Source: Theionarchaea archaeon (GTDB taxonomy: Archaea; Methanobacteriota_B; Thermococci; Methanofastidiosales; SZ-28-30). Taken from it: a stretch of DNA of 64,000 bases. The notes under the pieces are model-generated. The model was not told where the DNA came from. It did no database searches and saw only the letters and a list, made by a program, of their open reading frames with translations. The translations under genes and the position numbers were made by a program. The stretch lies in assembly GCA_018992685.1 (NCBI GenBank), contig JACVGT010000013.1, positions 60,228 through 124,227 on the forward strand. Reading direction: 5' to 3'. Below are positions 40,331 to 50,432 of the stretch, in pieces. The stretch's first letter is position 1. Every line of letters starts with the position of its first letter.

Positions 40331-41749
40331 ATGGGAAGGATCAGAATCCCGAGAGAGGTTGCTAACTTCCTGAAGCAGGAAGGAAGTCAAAGACTGATTG
40401 TGAAAGGTGATGCCGGAACAGGTAAGACAATTTTTGTGCTGTCATTGCTGCGATATCTTTCCCGCTACAGTCAGGGAGTCTATGTCTCCACTAGGGTAAC
40501 CCACAGAGATATCTATCGATATACTCCATGGGTGAGGGACAAGATTCAGAAAGACAACATCATTGACGCCACAAACCCCCAGGGCACCCTCTTATCCATG
40601 GAATCTGAGTTGAAGTACAACAGTGCGGGTGATTTCGTCAAAATCATTGCTGACAAATGCCGCTTGCTGGAAGTCCTGGACATGAAGTATGGCTGCGTAA
40701 TCATTGATTCGTGGGAATCTCTGGTGGCCAACATCCCCTACCCCCGTACTGACGGCGGAATTCAGCTGGAACGGACTTTGATTGATCTTTCCAAAGAAAT
40801 GAACGTCAACCTGATTCTTACGCTGGAAACCACCAGCAGTACCCGGCTTGATTACGTGGCTGACGGCGTGGTCTCCATGGAAAAAGAACTGATCAATGAA
40901 AACAGAGTTCGCACCATGCGATTGAAAAAGCTGAGAGGGGTCAAAATCACAAACCCGGTTTATCCTTTTACTTTGGACGGCGGGAAGTTTCAGGTCCTAG
41001 AACCTGAGCCCATATACTTTGAACCCGGGAAATCCAAACGGCTGAGGAAGATACGACCTTCCACGCCAGCTCATGTCTCTTCAGGAATCAAGGATTTTGA
41101 CAACCTTCTGGGAAATGGTCTCAAAAAAGGCAGCTTGAACCTTCTGGAGGTGGGAAGGGGATTGGGATTTTCTTACATCCCTTTCATCACCATTTCTGTA
41201 ATCAATGCATTGAATACTGGAATGAGCACCATTGTGGCAGTTCCCGAGGGAATCAATTTCTCCCTATTAAAGGAACGGCTCGTGGGGCCTTTCGTCAAGC
41301 CTGAGATGTACAGTAATGCACGGGTAATTGAGGAAACCTATGTGCCTGAGAATGAACTTCCCCCTGAAGTCACCCCGTTGAGAATTGCCAGAACGCACAA
41401 GGATTTCCTTGATCTCCTGGAAGCACTGAGAGAAAGGTTAGAGAAACCGACTCTGCAGATCATAGGTATGGACAATGTAGAACACAAATATGGATTCGCC
41501 AATATCCAAAGCGACCTCGGGAGAGTATCATCCCAGAACAGGAGTTCCCAAGACATTACAGTTCTGGTAGCCAAGGAAGGGCAGCAAATCACCCCACACC
41601 TGGGCCACATTTGTGATACCCACTGGAGATTGGAGACCATCAGCAAGTGTCTCTTCATGGAAGGGATCATACCGAAAACGGGACTGTATCACATTCATTT
41701 TTACAATTCAACCTCAGGTCCAGCAGCACGACTGACTCCTCTTCTCTGA
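40331..41749 (+). CDS. KaiC/RAD55/GvpD-like double RecA-fold ATPase
   Basis: Walker A GDAGTGKT, Walker B IIDSW, LDYVADGV, KLRG and YPFTL. The second domain begins SSGIKDFDNLLG and has a degenerate P-loop. Confidence 0.8.
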   Translation: MGRIRIPREVANFLKQEGSQRLIVKGDAGTGKTIFVLSLLRYLSRYSQGVYVSTRVTHRDIYRYTPWVRDKIQKDNIIDATNPQGTLLSMESELKYNSAGDFVKIIADKCRLLEVLDMKYGCVIIDSWESLVANIPYPRTDGGIQLERTLIDLSKEMNVNLILTLETTSSTRLDYVADGVVSMEKELINENRVRTMRLKKLRGVKITNPVYPFTLDGGKFQVLEPEPIYFEPGKSKRLRKIRPSTPAHVSSGIKDFDNLLGNGLKKGSLNLLEVGRGLGFSYIPFITISVINALNTGMSTIVAVPEGINFSLLKERLVGPFVKPEMYSNARVIEETYVPENELPPEVTPLRIARTHKDFLDLLEALRERLEKPTLQIIGMDNVEHKYGFANIQSDLGRVSSQNRSSQDITVLVAKEGQQITPHLGHICDTHWRLETISKCLFMEGIIPKTGLYHIHFYNSTSGPAARLTPLL

Positions 41750-41786
41750 CCACAAGACTTATATTTAGCAATCTCTAGGTGTTCGT

Positions 41787-43892
41787 ATGCCTGAAAAAGT
41801 CATCCCTCTGATACTTTTGTCTCTCCTGGCCCTAGCCGCTGCAGATGGAGTTTTTGAGCAAAAAGAAACCTATGATGTGAGCAAGCACATGTCAACACTG
41901 CTCAGCCTATGGGCGGGAGACATCGATGGTGACCGCGTAGCAGAAATACTGGCTGGAGGCATTGTCTATGAAGGGGCTATCTCAAAGGGTATTCTTGTCC
42001 AGATCAAGCGAAATGATATCTCTGTTCTGACAAAGATTCCCTCCACGTCCAGGACTGTCGTTGTCACCGTGTGTGAGGCTAATGGAGATGCTGCCCCAGA
42101 AATTGTTGTCGGAGCCAATGATTTGTATTTGTATAGCAAGGCAGGGAAACTGCTGACCACGAAGCCAGTGGGGGGAGATGTGACTGCTGTCCAAGCAATG
42201 GATATTGAAGGCTCCCCTCTCAATGATATCATTTGTGGGACTTCATCAGGCGATGTATTGTATCTCGTCAACCTGGAGATCGCGTATCAATTCTCTGTAA
42301 TAAAGTCAGTGACGCAGATTCTGAAAAGAGACAATGGGACCTATTATGTCATTGCAGGCCAGACCATTCACTGCATGAACACTGACGGAGAGAAATTATG
42401 GCTGCATAATGCCCAGGGCGAAGTGAACAGAGCCGCGGTGTACGACACGAATGGTGATTCTGTCAATGAGCTCATATTCATTGCGGGGCCCAGCATCTAT
42501 ACGCTTTCTTCTGATGGGAAGAAAGAGACTCTGCTCATGACTCCTTCCAACCACCCCCTTTCTCTGTTGGTGAGAGACATGACAGACGACGGCAAACCAG
42601 ACATGGCGGTTGCCGACAGCAAAGATAGTGTCGCTATCTATTCTAACCTGAAACAGGAGGTAGAATCCTTGTTCTTCAGACGAGAGGCAGGTGAAATCCC
42701 CATCCTGTTTGCTGCAGATGTTGTTGGAGACCAGAAGGTTGACCTGATCTATGGGGGGGTGAGCAAAATCCATGTCCTGGAGAATATCATACCTTCAGCC
42801 GAGTTGGTCACCAGGGGACAAGTGGTTCTCGACGAAGGAAAGGGACTCCTGGAGGAGAGGGAATATGAACGGGCAAAAGCCAAATTCGAAGAAGCAGAAA
42901 GAATCTTCTCTCTGGGAGGAGAAGAGAAACTGGCAGCAGAGTGTCAGAGATATATTCAGCAGATCGCAGCATTACTGAAAAGAAGATCAGAAGCAGAAAA
43001 GGCCATAAAAGAGGGGAACGATCTGTTTTCGGAGGAAGAATACGAGAAGGCCAAAATCCAGTTTGAACTGGCAGCTCAGGAATATGGACTCCTGGCGGAG
43101 GAGGACCCCTACTATCAACCTAACGCAGATGAGGCCCGGGCTCTTGTAAATCAATGTGATGAAGCTATAGCAGACCAGTATTTCAATGCTGGGATGGAGC
43201 GCCTTAGCAACAATCAGTATGATGAAGCCAGGGAGTATTTTGAGGCAGCAGAGGCTATTTATTCTCAACTTGGCAGCGAAAAGGCCAATTTGTGCCGTGA
43301 AAAGATTCAGGAAATCCAGGAAACCCTGGAAGAGAAACCCATAGAAAAGGACATGAGACCATTCATTTATGCGGGCTCGATACTCCTCATTGCTGCTATT
43401 GCGGGTCTGGTGATCGCTACCAGAAAGAAGGTTTCCACAAAGCTAGAAAAGGGTCGGCTGTACCTCTTGCTTGAATCACACCCCAAGAAGGGTCTCCAGT
43501 TGATCAAGGAGTACGGAAGAATAGGATATGAGGGGCTGGTAATTAGCAGACTTCCGCCCGAACAGATAAGAAAGAAAAAACTGAAGAAACAGAAAATACT
43601 GCAGTTTTCAAGCACCAGCAAAGAGGACAGCATCCCCCCTGATAATGTGGTCAACATCTTGCTGGGCATGAAGGAGTTCATGACCAGCAGGGACAATAGT
43701 ATCATATTGCTGGACAGTCTGGACTACCTCATCATTCAGAACTCTTTTGAAGATGCATTCAGCCTCATCCAGAAACTGGCGGAATCGGTGACTCTGTACA
43801 AGGGTATCGTGCTGGTGGTACTGAATCCCAAGAGTCTGGAAGAGAGAGAACTTGTTCTGCTGGAAGGAGAAATGGAGCTTCTGGAAATGTGA
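41787..43892 (+). CDS. Single-pass membrane receptor: signal peptide, FG-GAP/VCBS propeller, TPR-like helices, TM, cytoplasmic DUF835
   Basis: DxxGDxxxE/D repeats, YExAxxxFExA helices, TM segment PFIYAGSILLIAAIAGLVIA, and DUF835 motifs GLVISR and LLDSLDYL. Confidence 0.8.
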   Translation: MPEKVIPLILLSLLALAAADGVFEQKETYDVSKHMSTLLSLWAGDIDGDRVAEILAGGIVYEGAISKGILVQIKRNDISVLTKIPSTSRTVVVTVCEANGDAAPEIVVGANDLYLYSKAGKLLTTKPVGGDVTAVQAMDIEGSPLNDIICGTSSGDVLYLVNLEIAYQFSVIKSVTQILKRDNGTYYVIAGQTIHCMNTDGEKLWLHNAQGEVNRAAVYDTNGDSVNELIFIAGPSIYTLSSDGKKETLLMTPSNHPLSLLVRDMTDDGKPDMAVADSKDSVAIYSNLKQEVESLFFRREAGEIPILFAADVVGDQKVDLIYGGVSKIHVLENIIPSAELVTRGQVVLDEGKGLLEEREYERAKAKFEEAERIFSLGGEEKLAAECQRYIQQIAALLKRRSEAEKAIKEGNDLFSEEEYEKAKIQFELAAQEYGLLAEEDPYYQPNADEARALVNQCDEAIADQYFNAGMERLSNNQYDEAREYFEAAEAIYSQLGSEKANLCREKIQEIQETLEEKPIEKDMRPFIYAGSILLIAAIAGLVIATRKKVSTKLEKGRLYLLLESHPKKGLQLIKEYGRIGYEGLVISRLPPEQIRKKKLKKQKILQFSSTSKEDSIPPDNVVNILLGMKEFMTSRDNSIILLDSLDYLIIQNSFEDAFSLIQKLAESVTLYKGIVLVVLNPKSLEERELVLLEGEMELLEM

Positions 43893-43903
43893 ATGGGTTG
43901 ACT

Positions 43904-44530
43904 ATGAAAGGTATAGTTCTGAATTCAGGAGGCATTGATTCTCCTGTTGCGGCTTATTTGATGGCAGATCATGACTTGATAGCTCTCCATTGTGATAATC
44001 ATCCCTATACTGAAGGTACACTGCAGATTGCTGCAAGAGTCACCTCACGTCTAGGAGACGTTCTGAAAAGGAAGATTCCGTTGTTTACTGTTTCTCACGG
44101 CGATGTCCTGACTGAGTTTCAAAGAGTATGTGGGTCTGACGGCCGAAAATATACCTGCCTTTTCTGCAAGCGCATGATGTTCAGGGTGGGTGAACGGGTT
44201 GCCCATGTTATGGGAGGGGATTTCCTGGTTACTGGAGAGAACCTCGGCCAGGTGGCGTCCCAGACACTCCAGAACATTTATGTAACCTCCAGAGCAGTCA
44301 GAATCTCCATTGTACGTCCTGTCATTGGACTGGACAAACTGGACATTATCAGCATTGCGGAAACCCTTGGCACCTATGAAATCTCAACCGAAAAGGCTTC
44401 AGGCTGCCGTGCTGTCCCTCGTTATCCCGCCACGCGGGCACAGCTGGACACGGTGGAAGCTCTCGAGAGGCGTCTACCAGTTGAACATTTCGTGGCCCGT
44501 GCTGTAGAAACCATGGAAAAAGTACTCTGA
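43904..44530 (+). CDS. thiI: ThiI-like tRNA sulfurtransferase catalytic domain (no THUMP)
   Basis: Motifs SGGIDSPVA, CLFCKR, TGENLGQVASQT and GTYEIS. Confidence 0.75.
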   Translation: MKGIVLNSGGIDSPVAAYLMADHDLIALHCDNHPYTEGTLQIAARVTSRLGDVLKRKIPLFTVSHGDVLTEFQRVCGSDGRKYTCLFCKRMMFRVGERVAHVMGGDFLVTGENLGQVASQTLQNIYVTSRAVRISIVRPVIGLDKLDIISIAETLGTYEISTEKASGCRAVPRYPATRAQLDTVEALERRLPVEHFVARAVETMEKVL

Positions 44531-44597
44531 CAGTTCTGGAAGCGCAGACATCTGTGGCCGACAGAAGAATTATAAAACCTCACCCCAACATGATCAC

Positions 44598-45980
44598 ATG
44601 AATGAAGTAGAGACTGCTATTCTGGACTGTAATTCCAGATACTTCGGCATGGATACCCTCCAACTTATGGAAAATGCAGGGAGGAGCGTGGCGGAAGAAA
44701 TTGAGAATCGATATTCACATGGTAACAGTATAGGCATTTTCTGCGGGAGAGGCAACAATGGGGGAGACGGATTTGTGGCTGCACGATTCTTGGCAGAGCG
44801 GAATGATGTTTCTGTCTATTTGGTGGGATCACCTGCAGACATACAGACTGAAGAGGCACGAAAGAACTACTCCATTCTGAAGAATGCCCGGGTTGAGATC
44901 ACGATTATTCTCGATACAAAAGACATGAAGGTTCTGAAGCACGACATTGTTGTAGATGCACTTCTGGGAACGGGCATTCGAGGAGAACTGCGGGAACCGT
45001 ACAAGACGCTAGTCAAAAAGATAAATGGGAGTTCTGCAGCAAAGGTTTCAGTGGATATCCCCACGGGATACGGCACGACGACCCAGGTAGCAGCAGATCT
45101 TGTTATCTCCATGCACTATGAGAAGGTTCCTTCCTGTGTAACTGCCACCATAGGAGTCCCCAGGTGGGTTGAATCACTGGTGGGTCCGGGTGATGTGAAG
45201 TTCCTGGAACGAAGAAGGAAAGACTCACACAAAGGCGACAATGGAAGAGTCCTTATCGTGGGGGGGTCGGAGCTATACCATGGAGCACCCATCTTTTCAG
45301 GTAAAGCTGCTTCAAAGATTTCAGATCTTGTCTTTGTTGCCTGTCCTCAGCCTGCAGTTTTCCCGATACGGGCAACTACTGCAGATTTCATTGTCCACCC
45401 CCTCTCGTCAGAACACCTGGTAGTTGAAGATATCCCTACAATTCAGACCCTTGCTGAATCCTGTGACATCGTCCTCATCGGACCTGGGCTTGGTGTCCAT
45501 CCAGAAACCCAGAAGGCGTGCCAGCAACTGTTCAGCCTTGAAATTCCCAAGGTGGTGGATGCAGACGGGCTTAAGGCGTTGAAAGGAGTGCTTGACACTT
45601 TGGCCGCCCCTGCAATCCTGACACCCCATCACGGGGAATTTGCCCAGGTATTTGGCTCTCAATCGGTACAGGATGCAGCTCTCAAGCACGACTGCATTAT
45701 CGTTCAGAAAGGGGTAACTGACATTATTACCACCGGAACCCGCACCAAGTACAATCATACAGGAAATGCAGGGATGACCACAGGAGGTACAGGCGATGTC
45801 CTGGCAGGACTCGTTACTGGGTTTGGAGCTGTCAATGATCTGTTCCAGGCCTCTTGTGCTGCAGCCTTTGTCAGCGGGATGGCAGGAGACCTGTGCTATC
45901 AGAACGTAGGGTTCCGCTACTCTGCTTCCGATGTGCTGGATCAGCTGCAGCCCACCTTACAGTGGTGCGAGACATTCTGA
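44598..45980 (+). CDS. nnr: Bifunctional NAD(P)HX epimerase/dehydratase
   Basis: Motifs LMENAG, GNNGGDG, HKGDNG, GPGLG, TPHHGE and GGTGDVLAG. Confidence 0.9.
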   Translation: MNEVETAILDCNSRYFGMDTLQLMENAGRSVAEEIENRYSHGNSIGIFCGRGNNGGDGFVAARFLAERNDVSVYLVGSPADIQTEEARKNYSILKNARVEITIILDTKDMKVLKHDIVVDALLGTGIRGELREPYKTLVKKINGSSAAKVSVDIPTGYGTTTQVAADLVISMHYEKVPSCVTATIGVPRWVESLVGPGDVKFLERRRKDSHKGDNGRVLIVGGSELYHGAPIFSGKAASKISDLVFVACPQPAVFPIRATTADFIVHPLSSEHLVVEDIPTIQTLAESCDIVLIGPGLGVHPETQKACQQLFSLEIPKVVDADGLKALKGVLDTLAAPAILTPHHGEFAQVFGSQSVQDAALKHDCIIVQKGVTDIITTGTRTKYNHTGNAGMTTGGTGDVLAGLVTGFGAVNDLFQASCAAAFVSGMAGDLCYQNVGFRYSASDVLDQLQPTLQWCETF

Positions 45981-47108
45981 TTCCACTGCTGCCCGTATCT
46001 CCTCCAGATACTGATCGTAAGGGTAATACAGAGTGCATGTCTCAGGGTCATACCATTCGGTGTTGATGGTCTGCATTACCCAGAACGAAGCAGGGAAAGA
46101 TCTCAGAAAGTAGAATTTCTTGTCCTCAATCTCTCCATATCTGTCCAGGTCCTGGAGCAACTTAATGAGAAAAGAGGGATGGCACACGCACTGCACCACG
46201 CCGTAATCCTGTCCTGCAGAAAAAGGAGTCCAGTAGGTGAGTCGTTCTTGAATCCGCACGTTCTTGCCGAAATTGAACAAGAGCCTATCCGTCTTCTCTC
46301 CATGGCTGCTGCGCATCAGCAGGATGAACCGGGAGCATTTCTCTCTAGGGATGGGATATACATTGTAATACTCCCTGATAATGTTGAGATCCAGGAGCTT
46401 TCGTGCAGAGAGTTTCAGCTCCGAATAGGTGAGAAATAGGCCCTCTTTCTGCCGTTCATACTGGCTAATCTTTCGCAGGTTGCATTCCCCGATACCCAGG
46501 AAGAGATCTTCAATGAGGGAAAGATCGCACCTCGTGAGGGATTCACCACAGAACTCACCAAGAGAAATATCAGGAACCTCAGTGTCATCCAGCAACCTGT
46601 CCAACGATGGGATAAGAGGCACTGGCTCGTTATTTTGATCCACGAAGAGAGGGTTCCTTAAATGCCAGGAGGAATTCTGCAGGTACAGGTCATAGTGTAC
46701 CAGTATGTTGCAGTGCAAGAGATAGTCAAAAATCTTTTTCATCTTTCCCTGGTCTGTACACACAAAAGAGGTAACCATCATTCTAAAGGACTGTTCAAAT
46801 ACTGGATACAGGGTGACAAAGCTGCCAATCTTCTTCAGCAAGTTGATGACATACGGATAGTCTCTGCGAAACATGAGCACGGCAATCAGCCGACACAGGT
46901 GGTTGCGGGTGAATCGTCCCAGATCCACATCAAAATAAGGACCTGAGATGTACCCTGCTTGTTTCAGCTTGCGCTTTACCGCCGAAACATAAACCGAATT
47001 CTTGTAATTGGAGAGTCTCGCGAGCCTCTCATTCGGGATATTCGGGACTTTCCCCAGGTATTGTAGTATTAGTTTGCGTCTTAATGGCAGATTGTCCTCA
47101 GTTTCCAT
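45957..47108 (-). CDS. Putative Lrp/AsnC-like two-module transcriptional regulator
   Basis: N-terminal HTH-like segment and an internal second HTH ending in LLDLNII. Architecture resembles 27194..28159. Confidence 0.5.
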   Translation of the reverse strand: METEDNLPLRRKLILQYLGKVPNIPNERLARLSNYKNSVYVSAVKRKLKQAGYISGPYFDVDLGRFTRNHLCRLIAVLMFRRDYPYVINLLKKIGSFVTLYPVFEQSFRMMVTSFVCTDQGKMKKIFDYLLHCNILVHYDLYLQNSSWHLRNPLFVDQNNEPVPLIPSLDRLLDDTEVPDISLGEFCGESLTRCDLSLIEDLFLGIGECNLRKISQYERQKEGLFLTYSELKLSARKLLDLNIIREYYNVYPIPREKCSRFILLMRSSHGEKTDRLLFNFGKNVRIQERLTYWTPFSAGQDYGVVQCVCHPSFLIKLLQDLDRYGEIEDKKFYFLRSFPASFWVMQTINTEWYDPETCTLYYPYDQYLEEIRAAVESECLAPL

Positions 47109-47173
47109 TATTAACTTTTTTGACCTTGAGAGTATTTAAGTGTTTTGAGGGAGTAGAAGAAGTGGTGATCCCC

Positions 47174-47365
47174 GTGAGAAAGAAACTTGTATGTATCCTC
47201 CTATTGACAGCCTTGCTGGTAGCTTCAGGTTGTGTCCTGATAAGTGCTGGCGAAGATTCTGACTGCTCAAGAATTACAGTAGCGGGTTGGAATAATCCGT
47301 TTGGAAAGGAAGGTGGAGATGAAGGAATATTTCTCTGCTTAGCTAGCGGAGAAGACTCAGACTGA
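47174..47365 (+). CDS. Small exported/lipoprotein-like peptide (63 aa)
   Basis: GTG start after GGTGAT. MRKK + hydrophobic core + ASG|C lipobox-like site. GEDSD occurs twice. Confidence 0.6.
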   Translation: MRKKLVCILLLTALLVASGCVLISAGEDSDCSRITVAGWNNPFGKEGGDEGIFLCLASGEDSD

Positions 47366-47717
47366 GTGCCGGAAGGAAAATAGGTACATCACTTTCACAA
47401 GAAAAAGGAAAGATGTGAAATCCAGAGGTTGTGCAATAGGTGCGCCGAGCAGTGCGTGATGATGGAAGATGAGTGGATCGATCTCAAATGGGGCTACCAA
47501 AGGGGAAGAGGAGAAGAAAGGACTGCCCAGTACTTTTCCTCCACGTATGTCCGGAAGGGCATCTCCTCTACCCTTCTTAGTATGCTGTCACATGCAGGTA
47601 TACTTCTCTAGTGTATTATAATATAAATAAACGTTCTACCTAACATATTTCTTTTCTTGCATGTATAATTCATGATTGAATAGAAATCCTTAAGAATGGT
47701 GCCTGATACTCTCCTGC

Positions 47718-48590
47718 ATGCAATTTATTGAATCGATTCCCAATTTTTCAGAGGGGACTGACACAGGTACAGTGGAGAAAATCCTGGATGATTTCAGGTC
47801 TGCGGACGTGAAACTTGTGGACTATACATTCGACTCTGATTACAATCGCCTGGTAGTAACCATCATCGGAGAGCCTGAAAAAGTCAAAGCAGCACTCCTA
47901 AAAGCTTCAGAAACGGCAATTGGCCGTATTGACATGCGAGAGCACAGAGGGGCGCATCCTAGAATGGGGGCTGTGGACGTCGTTCCTTTTGTCCCTTTGA
48001 AGAACATCACCATGGAGGAATGTGTAGACCTGTCAAGGGAATTCGGGAAAGAACTCTCAGAACGGCATGACCTGCCCGTATTCCTCTATGATGAGTCTGC
48101 CACGTCTCTTGAGAGGCGTGACATCGATTTCCTGAGAAAAGGTGAATTTGAAGGACTCAAAGAGCACATCCAGATAGTAAAGCCAGACTTTGGACCTGCT
48201 ACTCCTCACCCTACTGCCGGGGCCACCATAACGGGAGCCAGGGAAATCATGGTGGGATTGAATGTCAACCTGAGTACCAGTGACCTCAAGGTTGCCAAGA
48301 AGATTGCGAAAGCGCTCCACGCGAAAAGTGGGGGCCTCGCCTGCGTCAAGGCCATGGCCTGTGAATTCGGAGAGATGACTCAGATTGGAATGAGTAATAT
48401 CAATTACAAGAAGACACCGGTATACCGACAGCTGGAACTGATCAGCATTGAAGCTCGACGGTATGGGATTCAGGTTGTGTCCAGTGAGTTTTGCGGGCTC
48501 ATTCCCCTGGATGCACTGTTAGATGTGTGCAAGTACTATCTGAAGGTAGACGACCTTAAAGAGAAAAGAATCATAGAAATGAACCTGTAG
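47718..48590 (+). CDS. ftcD: Glutamate formimidoyltransferase
   Basis: Motifs ESIPNFSEG, HPRMGAVDVVPF, RKGEFEG and HPTAGAT. Confidence 0.92.
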   Translation: MQFIESIPNFSEGTDTGTVEKILDDFRSADVKLVDYTFDSDYNRLVVTIIGEPEKVKAALLKASETAIGRIDMREHRGAHPRMGAVDVVPFVPLKNITMEECVDLSREFGKELSERHDLPVFLYDESATSLERRDIDFLRKGEFEGLKEHIQIVKPDFGPATPHPTAGATITGAREIMVGLNVNLSTSDLKVAKKIAKALHAKSGGLACVKAMACEFGEMTQIGMSNINYKKTPVYRQLELISIEARRYGIQVVSSEFCGLIPLDALLDVCKYYLKVDDLKEKRIIEMNL

Positions 48591-48611
48591 CACGCTGCTT
48601 ATTCTGCAGTA

Positions 48612-49289
48612 TCATCGGAGGCTTTTCAGAGTGCCCAGATATGTTCCATCCAAGAGGTAGATGTCGCACCGGGATTCATCCAGTAAGTTCTGGGAGAAGA
48701 GAACTCCCGGTATTTTTGGGTCGCTATTTATAGCAACTCCCGTGATGACGGGGTTGAAGGCAGGCATGACAATGACCCTCGTGTTCTGGTTGGTATACCC
48801 CAGAATCCAGCACTTCTCTTTCATCCGCGATCCCAGCTCGTCCTGGAACTCCACTGCAGGATGGGAATGTCCCACCACCAGAAATGGAGGAAAAGGATTG
48901 TCCAGTGCTCGATGTCCATGGGTGAGGAATATGCCATCCAGTACTACCTCATTTTTTGCCTCACAGTCAATCAGTGATTCTATCCCCCCATCATGGTTTC
49001 CCTTGACTATTTCAACAGGGACCTCAAAATCCAGGAATATCGGCACTTCCCGTTCTTCATGCCAGGAGACATTCGGGACATTGTGCTTGACATCACCAAG
49101 AAGAATCAGTCGCGTAATATCCCTGGTGAGGAGCGCTTCGATTTCACCCTTTATTCTGCTGGTCAAAGATCCCATGCGGATACCTTTGGTATACATTTCA
49201 TACTCAATGCCCAGATGAATATCACATATCACGAGGGTATGATTGACTTTGAGAGCAGGGGCATCCCATAGTGGTTGAACCAGGACCAT
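48612..49289 (-). CDS. Calcineurin-like metallophosphoesterase
   Basis: Motifs DIHLG, LGDVKH, GNHD, HGH, GHSHP and MPAFN. Confidence 0.85.
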   Translation of the reverse strand: MVLVQPLWDAPALKVNHTLVICDIHLGIEYEMYTKGIRMGSLTSRIKGEIEALLTRDITRLILLGDVKHNVPNVSWHEEREVPIFLDFEVPVEIVKGNHDGGIESLIDCEAKNEVVLDGIFLTHGHRALDNPFPPFLVVGHSHPAVEFQDELGSRMKEKCWILGYTNQNTRVIVMPAFNPVITGVAINSDPKIPGVLFSQNLLDESRCDIYLLDGTYLGTLKSLR

Positions 49290-49351
49290 GTCCTGCTGTA
49301 TAACCAAACATTTATAAGTCTTGATATCACCCCTGGGGTGAGGACGATTTA

Positions 49352-49447
49352 ATGGGAAAGAAGCCAAGAAAGTGGAAAAAGAAGGGTAGAATGAGATGGA
49401 GACACAAGAAGAAACGAATGAGGAGAATGAAGAAGAAAAAGCGCTAG
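49352..49447 (+). CDS. rpl41e: Ribosomal protein eL41 (L41e/eS32)
   Basis: MGKKPRKWKKKGRMRWRHKKKRMRRMKKKKR matches the Thermococcales 'PRKWKKKGRMRW' pattern. It is below the ORF-track length cutoff. Confidence 0.85.
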   Translation: MGKKPRKWKKKGRMRWRHKKKRMRRMKKKKR

Positions 49448-49713
49448 ACTTCAGCTACCCCTCGCGTCTTGGCGCGTTTCTGACGGCTTAGAATCATTTC
49501 AACGAGTCTATTCTCAGCATCCATCACTTCCTCCGCCTTTCCGGCTAATTCTACATATATGCCGGAAACTGCATCCATTGTCTCTACCTGTACTCCGAGT
49601 TCCCTCAAATCATAGATCAGGTCAAGATCAGCCCGATCTATTAAGAGGCGTACGCGGTACTTGTCGACATCCCTTTTAAGGGCATCTTCAACGATTTTCA
49701 AGAGATCACCCAT
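49444..49713 (-). CDS. Small hypothetical protein
   Basis: 89-aa ORF with an upstream TTTATATA promoter. Confidence 0.6.
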   Translation of the reverse strand: MGDLLKIVEDALKRDVDKYRVRLLIDRADLDLIYDLRELGVQVETMDAVSGIYVELAGKAEEVMDAENRLVEMILSRQKRAKTRGVAEV

Positions 49714-49851
49714 TATACTTGGAAGGACTATTATATAAATGTTTCGATTAAGATAGTAAGTTAAGCGTATTCAAGAAGGCTTATCTTCAAACTAGAGCTC
49801 TGCACAAGAAAAGTGCAACCTGAGGAAAAAAAGGAAAAAAGAAAGACATAG

Positions 49852-50127
49852 TCACTGCTTCAAGGTTATTTCCATAGCGGAAACAGCTGATTTTGTTCCA
49901 TCATCTCTGGCAACTTCTTCCGTTGAGGTTACAATTGAAGCAACTTTCAGGCCAGGCATGAACTTGCGTCTCACAATCTCGGCTACATCTACAGCCCGGG
50001 ATATTGCTCTGCCCCGTGCTTTTATCACGACTTCTGATGATGTACCTGAATTGAGCTGAGTCACCACAGCCAGAACGTAGTTCATCACCGGTTTTCCTCC
50101 GATAAATACCGTGTTGTCGTCTTTCAA
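49852..50127 (-). CDS. albA: DNA/RNA-binding protein Alba
   Basis: [13 protein letters not shown] and [24 protein letters not shown] precedes the TTG at 50127. Confidence 0.95.
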   Translation of the reverse strand: MKDDNTVFIGGKPVMNYVLAVVTQLNSGTSSEVVIKARGRAISRAVDVAEIVRRKFMPGLKVASIVTSTEEVARDDGTKSAVSAMEITLKQ

Positions 50128-50432
50128 AGGAACACCTCCTTGAAGTCTCTCACCCTGCCACAATCTCTTTTCCCCACTTTTAAAGATTTCGGTTTATCGG
50201 TCATTTCTTTCAGACACATTAATTCCCAGAAGATGACATGTGAGGTCCTGAGGGCGGAGGTGACTAGAGTTAGATTTATAAGGAGGAATTAGTAGGAAAT
50301 TCATGGTTCTTTGGCGCGTGGTGCGACTCCACTTATTCGGAGATAGTCTGAGAGAGATTTTTCCTGCCGTTCGAAGCTGGGTATTCTCTTTTTCTGCACA
50401 GATTCAGAACATTCCGTGGAGGAGGTCACCTG

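Noticed and set aside
47429-47611. 60-aa ORF after the peptide gene
   Set aside because: Weak TTG start and no recognisable features.
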